A stretch of DNA of 63,722 nucleotides, the filler included, from Candidatus Delongbacteria bacterium (GTDB taxonomy: Bacteria; UBA4055): assembly GCA_016937995.1 (NCBI GenBank). It is 6 parts of 6 records of this genome, joined end to end, with 100 filler letters (N's around TTAATTAATTAA, not from the genome) between each part and the next. Parts side by side here need not be neighbours in the genome. Positions count along the whole stretch, not along the records: positions 1 to 12,047 come from JAFGVM010000096.1; positions 12,148 to 24,088 come from JAFGVM010000099.1; 4 more parts are not named here. One strand, written 5' to 3'. A program made the position numbers and the translations under genes. Each line of letters opens with the position of its first letter. Within the stretch, counting starts at the first letter, position 1. The notes under the pieces were generated by a model. The model did not search any database, was not told the origin of the DNA, and worked only from the letters and a program-made list of their open reading frames with translations. Shown here piece by piece: positions 9,538 through 18,416 of this stretch.

Positions 9538-9707
9538 AACTTTCCAGATTGATAAGGATCTTTCCAAATTATCCTCTCCATCCATCATCGGCAGTTCAAC
9601 AGGATGGAGAAACCTGCGATACTGCTATAAAGTACTGATCACTAAGAGGTTAAAACTTGAACTGCCTAGCACTTTTTGTTACTTTTTGCTGCAATGGGAA
9701 AAAGTAA
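9538..9707. ncRNA. Candidate structured RNA / repeat with hairpin and pseudoknot, copy 3 (diverged, covarying)
   Basis: Stem 9575-9583/9602-9610; loop 9590-9599 complementary to 9657-9666; shares core AAACCTGCGAyACTGCTATAAA. Confidence 0.6.
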
Positions 9708-9784
9708 AGATCATGTACTCTTTCTAAATAAAACGAATTATAATACTCTTGGATTCCCGGATCAAGTCCGAGAATGACAGAATA

Positions 9785-10030
9785 TTATTTTTTCTTAAAC
9801 GGGATCAGATCCAATCCCAAATACCTTAAACACATAAACAAAAAATAAGTAACCCCAGCCTCATCAATATTACCGAAAAAAGGTATATTATCCGGCAATA
9901 TCTCAAAAATCCCAGCTGTAGGGTTAATAATATAAACCAAACTAAAAAGAATCCCGATTATAGCTAAAAACACACCAAATAATGATCTCGGTTTCTTAGA
10001 ACTTTTAACAATTATTCGTTTCTTATCCAT
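9785..10030 (-). CDS. Small membrane protein, DUF1232/YkvA family
   Basis: YIINP...LPDNIPFFGNIDE motif. Confidence 0.8.
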   Translation of the reverse strand: MDKKRIIVKSSKKPRSLFGVFLAIIGILFSLVYIINPTAGIFEILPDNIPFFGNIDEAGVTYFLFMCLRYLGLDLIPFKKK

Positions 10031-10050
10031 AATAGTTCCTTTTTTTTAAA

Positions 10051-10080
10051 AGAGGGGACGATAAGAAATCGTCCCCTACA
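10051..10080 (-). repeat. GTAG-type REP hairpin
   Basis: aggggacgat-aagaa-atcgtcccctaca. Confidence 0.8.
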
Positions 10081-10101
10081 ATTGGTAATTGTTAACTCTT
10101 T

Positions 10102-10812
10102 TTAAACAAAAATTCCAGCGTCTTTTTCTTTCTTCAATCTGTCAAAAAGATCTTTAACTACCTTTTCAGCATTAGCTTTAGCTTTCTCAAGCAGCAGCTC
10201 ATGCTTGCCTGCCTCGATAACTTTGCTTCTGAGCTCTCCCCTGATCTGATCCTCCATAGCTTTACCTGAATAAGCATCAAATCTTGCCCATCCGATCTCT
10301 TTTTTGACCATGATCTTATTTGGATCACTCTGAACTTCCACAATGTCCTCATCCAGTATTACATCAGGAAGATCAAGAACAAGTTCCTGTTTCTCTATAT
10401 CCCATCTGATACTATTTGAACTGAGAGAATCTGCAGGTATATAATACTGAACTTTATTACCTGGAACTTTCATTTCGACAGTTGTAGTACCTAAATGATA
10501 CCAGTCCCATAGTATTTTTGAGGATGATCTTTCGATTTCTACAGTCAATTCTGCTGTCATGACCACTATCTTTGATTCCTGCTTTAATTGACCTATTGTA
10601 TTCAAAATGATCTCTGTATTATAAACATTTGGTCTGAATACATTATTGAAAGTATCGTGAAAACCCATACTGAATTTGTACAGAATATATCCTGTGGTCA
10701 ATATAGCTACGACACAAACTACTGCAAATGCCCAGTATTTTGAAGTATTTTTCTCAGGTCTTTCATCTATAACTTCAATTATATCTTCTATATTTTTGAT
10801 TTCTTCAGTCAT
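10102..10812 (-). CDS. Membrane-anchored DUF4230-like protein
   Basis: One N-terminal TM helix; LVLDLP and LLEKAKANAE patterns. Confidence 0.7.
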   Translation of the reverse strand: MTEEIKNIEDIIEVIDERPEKNTSKYWAFAVVCVVAILTTGYILYKFSMGFHDTFNNVFRPNVYNTEIILNTIGQLKQESKIVVMTAELTVEIERSSSKILWDWYHLGTTTVEMKVPGNKVQYYIPADSLSSNSIRWDIEKQELVLDLPDVILDEDIVEVQSDPNKIMVKKEIGWARFDAYSGKAMEDQIRGELRSKVIEAGKHELLLEKAKANAEKVVKDLFDRLKKEKDAGIFV

Positions 10813-11077
10813 TTTATACTCCTGTATTATTTATTTAATATGTTCAAAATTACACATTATTGCAATTTATAATTTTTATGTTTTTACTATTAATATGTTA
10901 AATATAAATATCAAAGGTTAAAACTGAGAGTGATCTAAGCCTATATCTCCAGAATACATTCGGTTATTTAAAAACTGCACTTATTGCATTTTCTTAAAAT
11001 TTCTCTATGTTATAAATTCTTTCTTTATTAATATTCATTTTTACCATTACTATACTAATATCATACTGGAGAAGATC

Positions 11078-11857
11078 ATGAAACCAAAATCAAGTTTTAT
11101 ATCAATTCCTCTTATCGCTGTATTTTTGCTATCAGTTCAAATTCAAACTACTTATTCTCAAGAAGTTATGAAAATTAAGAAGAAAGATAACACTATTATC
11201 AGTATACCAATGTCTGAGATCGCAGGAATATCTTTTAGCGGTTCTGACCAATTACCTGACAATGAGTTCGCTGATATTGATGGAAATATCTATAAGATCG
11301 TAAAAATAGGTTTACAATCATGGGCAGGGTCAAATTTAAATGTTAGCCGTTTTCGTAATGGAGACCCGATCCTTGAAGCAAAATCAGATGAGGAGTGGAT
11401 AAAAGCCGGAAAAAAAGGAAAACCTGCCTGGTGTTATTATTTGAACAGTTCAGAAAATGGTCCTCTGTATGGAAAGCTTTATAATTGGTATGCTGTTAAT
11501 GATAAAAGAGGTCTCGCTCCTAAAGGATGGCGTGTTGCTTTTGACCAGGATTGGGATGCTCTTTCCAAGGGACTGGGTGATATACCCGGTGCAAAATTAA
11601 AAGAAGCTGGAAAAAACAACTGGCTCAAAAATGCTGATAATGTTACTAATGAGACCGGGTTCACTGTTCTTCCAAGCGGATCAAGATTTGCTGCCGGTAA
11701 ATTTTCCGGTGCGGGATCACAGGCAACTTTGTGGACAAGCACTGAAAATACTCTTAATGAAGGGTGATCAAGAATTATTTATGACTACAATAGTACTGTC
11801 TCCAAATACAGCTATGATAAAAATTGCGGACTGGCTGTCCGTTGCGTTAAAGAATGA
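11078..11857 (+). pseudogene. Secreted Fib_succ_major (FISUMP) domain protein interrupted by in-frame TGA at 11765-11767 (pseudogene or recoded CDS)
   Basis: DIDGNIYKIVKIG, YGKLYNWYAV, APKGWRV; frame continues past TGA to the family C-terminal motif GLAVRCVKE. Confidence 0.8.
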
Positions 11858-11960
11858 TCATAGTGATTTGATTTGTACTAAATTCAACCGTCAGTTTAGT
11901 TTTTTTTACAATAATACAACTATTGGATTATTGTTTATAAAGACTGCGATTGGTATATTT

Positions 11961-12047
11961 AAGTCAGAAGTCAGAAGTCAGAAGTCAGAAGTCAGAAGTC
12001 AGAAGTCAGAAGTCAGAAGTCAGAAGTCAGAAGTCAGAAGTCAGAAG
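11961..12047. repeat. Perfect (AAGTCAG)n heptamer microsatellite, at least 12 units, runs into contig end
   Basis: Read directly. Confidence 0.97.
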
Positions 12048-12147
12048 NNNNNNNNNNNNNNNNNNNNNNNNNNNNNNNNNNNNNNNNNNNNTTAATTAAT
12101 TAANNNNNNNNNNNNNNNNNNNNNNNNNNNNNNNNNNNNNNNNNNNN
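12048..12147. other. Artificial contig linker
   Basis: N44-TTAATTAATTAA-N44. Confidence 0.99.
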
Positions 12148-12272
12148 GAAGCCCAGCCGGGTTTTCCGTTGGCTTTGCGGTGCTTGTATGCATTATCGTG
12201 CCCGAAATAGTGTGTTTTCATTTCTTATTTATCCCTTATATACAACAAATCGCTTGCCGCAATTTCGAATCA

Positions 12273-13247
12273 TCACTTTATGCTTCCTTTTGTTAAATAT
12301 GGCAATGTTCTTGATATACAGTGCAAAACACTATTCGATTCGACTATCTTTCTTGAATCTATGCCCACAACTTTATATCCATAATTTTCCAGTATCTCTT
12401 TTATGAATCTGTCTTCCTCAATTTTGTATTCAGGCACGAGAATATAACTGTTTAAAATAATGCTGTTCACATAATTAGGCATAGTGTTTATATCACCATA
12501 TTTTATGCTTTTCAATCCAGGAATAAAATGGATCCTGTGTCCTAAATTTTTCAAAATAGAAACTGTCTTGTCAATCGCAGATATCTGGACAGAGTCTGTC
12601 GGATATTGCGAAACTATCCATGTTTTATTTTTCAGAGGCATGAGGAAGGTGTCAAGATCTTTTGTAAAGTCTCCCGGAAGAGAAGGCACGAAATAAACAT
12701 CCTGAGAGAATAATTGAATAAGTATATCCTTAATTTCAACCTCTCTGTTTTTATCAATTATATCTTCAGAAACAAGCACAACATCATCCATAACTGCTAT
12801 TGCCGCACTGTTAAAATCGAAATCAAGATGAATTTCTTTTAACCCTTCCTTTTCAACGATCCATTTTCCGAATTTTTCTATTTTTTTGAACGAACAATCA
12901 TAATTCTCATGATTCCTGAGGTAGTTATAAGTTATACCAAAAAACTCAGAACCGTTTGTGCTTTCAGCGAAGATCGGAAATCCAGATGTAGTGATTGAAG
13001 TGCCTGAATATTTATTGATAATCTTCACATTTTCGAGAGAAATTCTTTTCTTCTGAAATTCCTTAAAAAGAACATTTTCATCATCCGTTTTTACAAATAT
13101 CTCAACAGGCACTAGGGCATTTACGGCATCAACTATTTCGGCAATAGCTTTTCCGTACCCGAAACGAGTATTAAAAAAAGTATTCTCAAAGCTCAGGTAT
13201 AATTTTGAGACTTTCTCATATTCCGGGATTAATCTTAATTTATTCAT
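12273..13247 (-). CDS. Agmatine/peptidylarginine deiminase-like (pentein) protein, divergent active site
   Basis: PNYVNS and C-terminal VLHCISR resemble SYVN and IHCITQ motifs of the family. Confidence 0.75.
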   Translation of the reverse strand: MNKLRLIPEYEKVSKLYLSFENTFFNTRFGYGKAIAEIVDAVNALVPVEIFVKTDDENVLFKEFQKKRISLENVKIINKYSGTSITTSGFPIFAESTNGSEFFGITYNYLRNHENYDCSFKKIEKFGKWIVEKEGLKEIHLDFDFNSAAIAVMDDVVLVSEDIIDKNREVEIKDILIQLFSQDVYFVPSLPGDFTKDLDTFLMPLKNKTWIVSQYPTDSVQISAIDKTVSILKNLGHRIHFIPGLKSIKYGDINTMPNYVNSIILNSYILVPEYKIEEDRFIKEILENYGYKVVGIDSRKIVESNSVLHCISRTLPYLTKGSIK

Positions 13248-13412
13248 TTTTTTATATTTGAAATTATTGACAATTAATACTTTTATTATCCATTTGAATT
13301 CGTGTGTGTTTTGAGACGAGATAAATTATCTTTAATTATCTACATCACTTCTGTATCTGAATAAGCATTTAGACAACTTGAATTTATCCTAACCTGTAAA
13401 TCCTAATTTTTT

Positions 13413-13937
13413 CTAATCCATATGAACGATCCCGCTAGATTCATACTTTGCCTTTTTGCCATAAACAGCTATTCCGTAATGTTTAAGTATTTTCTGATCT
13501 TCTTTGGCATGCCATCTGTCCTTCAGTTCCTGAAATTTAAGCCAGGTATGTTTGAATGAATAAGGGTCTTCAAAGATTATTTTTTCTTTATCATATCCGA
13601 TAGCTATTACCCAGTGACCATGATCATAATTATTTTTATAATCAACAGGATCCTTGCTCCATGCCTGTAACAATATTATCACAGGAATATTGATATGAAT
13701 GTAATTTTTCAGATCTTCTATCGACATCCTTCTTTGATCGTATTGAAGATTATATCTTTTGAGAACAGTCAGAATATCTTTTGAAAGAGTGCCAATTTCT
13801 TCATTTGTGTTGGCGTGTTTTATCAGTATATCCTCGCTCAGTTCGATACCATAATATACTAGAATAGACTGGAGGGCTTGTGCTCCGCAGTCGTAATCGT
13901 AGGTTTGTCTGAGTTTAGGTAGATCGAGTGTCTTCAT
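13413..13937 (-). CDS. Stand-alone C39-like cysteine peptidase
   Basis: QTYDYDCG (Q/C), GHWV (H), FEDP (D). Confidence 0.85.
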   Translation of the reverse strand: MKTLDLPKLRQTYDYDCGAQALQSILVYYGIELSEDILIKHANTNEEIGTLSKDILTVLKRYNLQYDQRRMSIEDLKNYIHINIPVIILLQAWSKDPVDYKNNYDHGHWVIAIGYDKEKIIFEDPYSFKHTWLKFQELKDRWHAKEDQKILKHYGIAVYGKKAKYESSGIVHMD

Positions 13938-13966
13938 ATAATTTAATTCCTTTTAATTTTTCGATA

Positions 13967-15049
13967 TTATTTACTTGCTGTAGTTTTTTTTACGAACTCG
14001 ATCCATTTCACATAAAACATATTCTCTCCGCATACTACCTTCACAGGTCCTTTTATCATATTATCCACACCATCCTGATTTATTTTCAGGAAATGCTTAT
14101 GTAAATATTCATTACCTCTTTTAAGGATATTCATAGGGTCAAAACCAGCAAATGAAACATTCTCTAACTTTTCAATATTGTCAGAACTATTAAAATTATT
14201 AAACTCTTTATCTATATTTTCTTCCCATTCTGCTATACAATTTATAACATCTTCAGAGATTAAGTATTCCTTTTTTGCAGGAACAATCACGATATTAAGT
14301 TTGTTTAGAATAAAATCACTTAAATACAGATCTGAGTTTTGAAATTCTATTTTCCATTCAGGTATCAGATCATCAGCAATCATGCATAAGACCATCCCCT
14401 GAAAATATGAACTTCTTCTGATAGCTAGATTAGACGGGGAGATATCAGTGAAACCATTCAAGAATTCTACTAACATACTATCTTTATCCTGAGACATCTG
14501 CTTTAAAGCCTGAAATTCAACGAATACTGCATTACCTTCGAATGTTTCTATGGCTTTTTCATATTCAATAAACTCGCTTAATATTTTTTCTCTTTCAGCT
14601 CTGACATTGAAAAATTCCTTAAGTAACTCTAGCTTTTGTGTTTTGTTTACTTCTATAGCTGAATTATACAGCAGTTTTCTTTCAAGAGATCGAAGGTTAA
14701 TGTTTTCCAGCTCTATAGGATAATCTATCCCGAGTATTTCATTTGCATGTCTTTTTTCACCATACTGCCCCTGAAAGCAATGGAACATTTCGTGAACTAT
14801 ACCTGATGTGATTTTTTCATCACTCTTGTATTCAGCTGACATTGACATATTCCATATTGCAATAGCCTCATTTCCCAGTTTAATTGCAGAATTACCCATA
14901 AACCTCTCATCGATCTCACCGACATAACCATCCATATAATAATTCTTCTCATCATACAAAGCGAATTTGAATTTCCTGAATTCAGGCCAGAGAGCACTAA
15001 AGTCTAAAGAGTTAATGAGGATATCAATTTCTTTTATGATTTTATCCAT
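13967..15049 (-). CDS. Hypothetical protein with HExxH motif (possible zinc metallopeptidase)
   Basis: VHEMFH plus downstream EGNA; adjacent to the OsmC-family gene. Confidence 0.6.
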   Translation of the reverse strand: MDKIIKEIDILINSLDFSALWPEFRKFKFALYDEKNYYMDGYVGEIDERFMGNSAIKLGNEAIAIWNMSMSAEYKSDEKITSGIVHEMFHCFQGQYGEKRHANEILGIDYPIELENINLRSLERKLLYNSAIEVNKTQKLELLKEFFNVRAEREKILSEFIEYEKAIETFEGNAVFVEFQALKQMSQDKDSMLVEFLNGFTDISPSNLAIRRSSYFQGMVLCMIADDLIPEWKIEFQNSDLYLSDFILNKLNIVIVPAKKEYLISEDVINCIAEWEENIDKEFNNFNSSDNIEKLENVSFAGFDPMNILKRGNEYLHKHFLKINQDGVDNMIKGPVKVVCGENMFYVKWIEFVKKTTASK

Positions 15050-15463
15050 TTACTCTCCCTTATACTTCAGCTCAACAATTCGATTCACTTCTTTGCTCAG
15101 ACTGGCCGAAACGGGACATGTGTCAACAACATGCTGCAGTGCTCTTTTCTGCCTGTCAGTATAATCATTATGCGGAAAAGTTATAGTCATCCTGACCTCT
15201 GCAACTCTTCTGGGATTTGCAGACATGATCTTTTCTGTCTCTGCAACAGTTCCGTCAATATTAAATCCCTGTGTCTGAGCAGCTATACCCATAATTGTCA
15301 TGATACAAGCTGGCAAAGAAACTGCGAACAGATCCGTAGGTGAAAAGGCTTCTCCTTTCCCCTGATTGTCTGGTGGTGCATCTGTTATAAGTTTTAAACC
15401 TGAAAGGTGATGAATAGATTCGGTTCTTAAATTGCCTGTGTAAGTTGTAGTCATTTTACTCAT
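15050..15463 (-). CDS. OsmC/Ohr family protein
   Basis: TDAPPDNQGKGEAFSPTDL, two Cys (PACI, CPVS). Confidence 0.92.
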   Translation of the reverse strand: MSKMTTTYTGNLRTESIHHLSGLKLITDAPPDNQGKGEAFSPTDLFAVSLPACIMTIMGIAAQTQGFNIDGTVAETEKIMSANPRRVAEVRMTITFPHNDYTDRQKRALQHVVDTCPVSASLSKEVNRIVELKYKGE

Positions 15464-15486
15464 GTTTTACTAGCTCCTTAAATTGT

Positions 15487-15520
15487 TGGGTATGAGGTAT
15501 GAAGTATGAGTTATGAGGTG
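15487..15520. repeat. Left heptamer array TGGG-(TATGARK)4
   Basis: Inverted counterpart of 15914-15952. Confidence 0.9.
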
Positions 15521-15874
15521 TTATTTAACTCGCTTTTTCTGTTTCATGGTTAATATAGAAGATGAGAGCATTTTTCTTAGTTGTTGTAATTCTTTATTTA
15601 CAGCTTCGTATTTTGATTTTGTAATATAATCCGTTCTATGCAATAATATTAGCCAGTATTCCGTTTCACCGGCTTCTTTTTGAGAAATGGCTAGTTTATG
15701 AATGAAGTCAGCATCACTTTCAGCATGCCTACTTTCTTTTATGTTTGCACCAATTGATGTTCCACTTCTTAATATTTGCTTTGATAACACAAACTCTTTC
15801 TTATCATATATCAGATATTTGTATAATTCAACAATATTAACAGCAAAATCCAAACTTTTATCTTCAATAACCAT
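15521..15874 (-). CDS. Four-helix-bundle protein (TIGR02436 / 23S rRNA IVP family)
   Basis: KQILRSGTSIGANIKE, DFIHKLAISQKEAGETEYWL. Confidence 0.95.
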   Translation of the reverse strand: MVIEDKSLDFAVNIVELYKYLIYDKKEFVLSKQILRSGTSIGANIKESRHAESDADFIHKLAISQKEAGETEYWLILLHRTDYITKSKYEAVNKELQQLRKMLSSSILTMKQKKRVK

Positions 15875-15913
15875 ATTTTATCCTATACTTTATCTTTTAA
15901 TCTTTTGACTTTA

Positions 15914-15990
15914 CCTCATACCTCATAACTCATAACTCATACTTCATACCCAGAGAAGTCCTAGACTTCGATAAACTCAGTCTGACTTTT
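15914..15990. repeat. Right heptamer array of five CCTCATA-like units ending CCCA, followed by a REP-like palindrome
   Basis: cctcata cctcata actcata actcata cttcata ccca, then aagtcctagacttcgataaactcagtctgactt. Confidence 0.9.
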
Positions 15991-16015
15991 ATCTTCACTT
16001 CATACCTGAAGAAAT

Positions 16016-16435
16016 CTATGATTTCTTCGACAAGTAATACGCCAGTTCAGCTGCCGAAACCTGATAACCGAACTTAGGAGTGAAAGGTAATTCATTCTTT
16101 TTTATGAAAGCTCTCAACGATTGAGGTGTTATAAAATCGATCTTCTGATCAGGATATATTTGGATAAATCCTTCAAGTTTAAACGAGATTGGAGAAACTC
16201 TAAATTTTGCTTTAACACTTTTATTTCTGGTTAATATTCCGATCTTATCGAACTGCATATTCTTGAAATACGAATGAACAATGTTCATAAATTCATGAAC
16301 TTCTTCAGTACTTTCATCATCCCCCAGTTCTAACTTTTTCATATCCCCTGTAATGTCTGTCATAGCTCCGTCTTTTTCTTCTATTGCAAAAAAAACAGTA
16401 ACATTAGCTTTGATCTCAATACCGAGTGTTTTCAT
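16016..16435 (-). CDS. DUF3010 family protein
   Basis: MKTLGIEIK start, ISFKLEGFIQ, FGYQ..A pattern; GGAG RBS. Confidence 0.75.
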   Translation of the reverse strand: MKTLGIEIKANVTVFFAIEEKDGAMTDITGDMKKLELGDDESTEEVHEFMNIVHSYFKNMQFDKIGILTRNKSVKAKFRVSPISFKLEGFIQIYPDQKIDFITPQSLRAFIKKNELPFTPKFGYQVSAAELAYYLSKKS

Positions 16436-16459
16436 ATATTAACTCCGTTATTTTAGTGA

Positions 16460-16540
16460 TTATTGGTTAGTTTTGATCTTCGTACTTTTAGTCAGTAATT
16501 CGATCCTGATCATAGCCAAAATCACTAATATTCTTTTCAT
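16460..16540 (-). CDS. Possible 26-aa small ORF or gene remnant (MKRILVILAMIRIELLTKSTKIKTNQ)
   Basis: GGAG RBS upstream; signal-peptide-like start. Confidence 0.35.
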   Translation of the reverse strand: MKRILVILAMIRIELLTKSTKIKTNQ

Positions 16541-16590
16541 TATTTACTCCGTTTACTGTTCAAAAGTGATATATGTTGTATTTTTGTAGT

Positions 16591-17337
16591 CTAAGAAATG
16601 AATTGTTGTATAACTAGATCATCTGCAGCTTCAATTTCAGGGATGTTTCCGTCAAAAATTATCCTGCCTTCGTGGAGCATGATTACTCTATCAGCTATCT
16701 TTCTAACCGATCTCATATCATGCGTGATCACAATAGAAGTAAGATTATATTTTGAATTCATATCCAAAATAAGGTCATTAATAATATCTGAGATTACCGG
16801 ATCAAGGCCTGTAGTAGGTTCATCATAAAGGAGAACTTCAGGAGACTGCATAATAGCTCTGGCCAGAGCAACTCTCTTTTTCATACCTCCGGAAAGTTCT
16901 GAAGTATGTAATTTCTCGATACCTTCCATACCAACAAGTGATAGTTTCTCGGATATCTCTCTTGTAATGTCCGCTTTTTTCATACTTGTGTGCTCAAGCA
17001 ATGGCAAAGCAAGATTCTCTTCCACGTTCATTGAGTCAAATAATGCCCCGGACTGGAACAGCATAGCAACTTTCTTTCTTAGAGAGTAAATATCACTGTG
17101 TTTAAGATCGGATATATTTTTCCCGTTGTAAATAACTTTACCTTTGTTAGGTTCGAGCAAACCGTTCAAATGCTTGATAAGGACAGATTTCCCTATTCCA
17201 GACCTACCAATAACACATAGAATTTCACCTTCATAAATATCAAAGCTGACATCTTTCAGGACATCCTTACTCCCGAAGGACTTTGAAAGATCTTTAATGG
17301 TAAATATTATCTTTTTATCTTGTTTCATATAAATCAT
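16591..17337 (-). CDS. mlaF: ABC ATP-binding protein, MlaF/Mkl family
   Basis: GRSGIGKS, FQSGALFDS, LSGGMKKRVALARA, YDEPTTGLDP. Confidence 0.9.
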   Translation of the reverse strand: MIYMKQDKKIIFTIKDLSKSFGSKDVLKDVSFDIYEGEILCVIGRSGIGKSVLIKHLNGLLEPNKGKVIYNGKNISDLKHSDIYSLRKKVAMLFQSGALFDSMNVEENLALPLLEHTSMKKADITREISEKLSLVGMEGIEKLHTSELSGGMKKRVALARAIMQSPEVLLYDEPTTGLDPVISDIINDLILDMNSKYNLTSIVITHDMRSVRKIADRVIMLHEGRIIFDGNIPEIEAADDLVIQQFIS

Positions 17338-17341
17338 CTAT

Positions 17342-18109
17342 CTACAACATCGTTAATGCAATTACAAGGTCGGCGATAAGAATAAGTACAGATGATAACA
17401 CAAATGCTTTCACAGTTGCCTTTCCGACTCCTTCTGCACCGCCTTTTGCCTCGAAACCAACAAAACAACCTACTGTGGAAATGATCCCGCCAAATACTGC
17501 TGTTTTTACGAGTCCTATAGTAATATCCATCATATCAAAGAAATTTTGTATCTCATTAAAGAATTCATGAAAATTCAGATCAAAGAACAGATAAGAAATT
17601 AAAAAGCCTCCCATCACACCAATGAAATTTGCAAAGACCACCGCAATAGGCAACATGATTAATGCTGCTATAAATCTCGGTACAGCCAAAAATTCTATCG
17701 GCTCGATCGCCATTGATTTTAAGGCGTCGATCTGCTCAGTAACCTTCATTGTACCCATTTCTGCTGCTATAGAAGCACCATATCTGCCTGCCATGATCAC
17801 ACCTGTAAGCACAGGACCTAATTCCATGACCATCATTTTATAAACAGACACACCTAAATATGTCAAAGGAACTAAATTTACCATTTGAGCACCTGTCTGG
17901 TAAGCCGTTACCGTACCGGTGAAAAAAGCCACACTTACAATAAGGATAATAGATTTCACACCTACTTCATAAGCCTGATTAAAAAACAGGTCCCTTCTTT
18001 TGAGAACCGTAAAACTTTTAATGCAAATATCTTTTGTCAGATCAATGTATTTACCTGATTCAACAAAGAAACCTATAAAAAAACCACCTATTATCTCAAA
18101 AATTTTCAT
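17342..18109 (-). CDS. mlaE: ABC permease, MlaE family
   Basis: ELGPVLT, AAEMGTMKVTEQIDAL, GGAEGVGKAT. Confidence 0.92.
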   Translation of the reverse strand: MKIFEIIGGFFIGFFVESGKYIDLTKDICIKSFTVLKRRDLFFNQAYEVGVKSIILIVSVAFFTGTVTAYQTGAQMVNLVPLTYLGVSVYKMMVMELGPVLTGVIMAGRYGASIAAEMGTMKVTEQIDALKSMAIEPIEFLAVPRFIAALIMLPIAVVFANFIGVMGGFLISYLFFDLNFHEFFNEIQNFFDMMDITIGLVKTAVFGGIISTVGCFVGFEAKGGAEGVGKATVKAFVLSSVLILIADLVIALTML

Positions 18110-18416
18110 TCTTTCTTTTGTTCATTAATTTACAATCGGTAAAATCTATAGGTAATTTATATAAAAATCAAGGTAATAAAATTGGTAATTGGGCTTATTT
18201 GCAGTGTTAAATTTATTTAGTTTTATACATTATCCATCTGATCTTATTAAGTAATACATGAATTAATTTCCAATAATATTCAAAGATAAAACTTGCGTGT
18301 AACAAATTATTTTCTTATGTTCATAACTTAAAGTAAAGAGAGAAGCACGAAGTCAAACTACATATTTTTAAGTTAAAGAAAAGAAAAAAATAATAAAATA
18401 ATTTTAGGAGATCCCA

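Noticed and set aside
6661..9707. CRISPR array or integron attC interpretation of the repeats
   Set aside because: Units are ~170 nt and separated by whole genes; no cas or integrase gene; no clear RYYYAAC/GTTRRRY attC boundaries.
11765..11767. Selenocysteine at the in-frame TGA codons
   Set aside because: Positions align to Trp or a variable residue rather than Cys, and no convincing SECIS hairpin follows.
11078..11857. Diversity-generating retroelement (FISUMP target plus Avd-like four-helix protein)
   Set aside because: No reverse transcriptase and no template repeat differing at adenines in the window; the two genes are on different contigs.
11631..12095. ORF with (SEVRSQK)n repeats
   Set aside because: Translation of the AAGTCAG microsatellite running into the gap, out of frame with the FISUMP gene.
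12092..12103. TTAATTAATTAA recurring five times within N runs
   Set aside because: Artificial all-frame-stop linker used to concatenate contigs.
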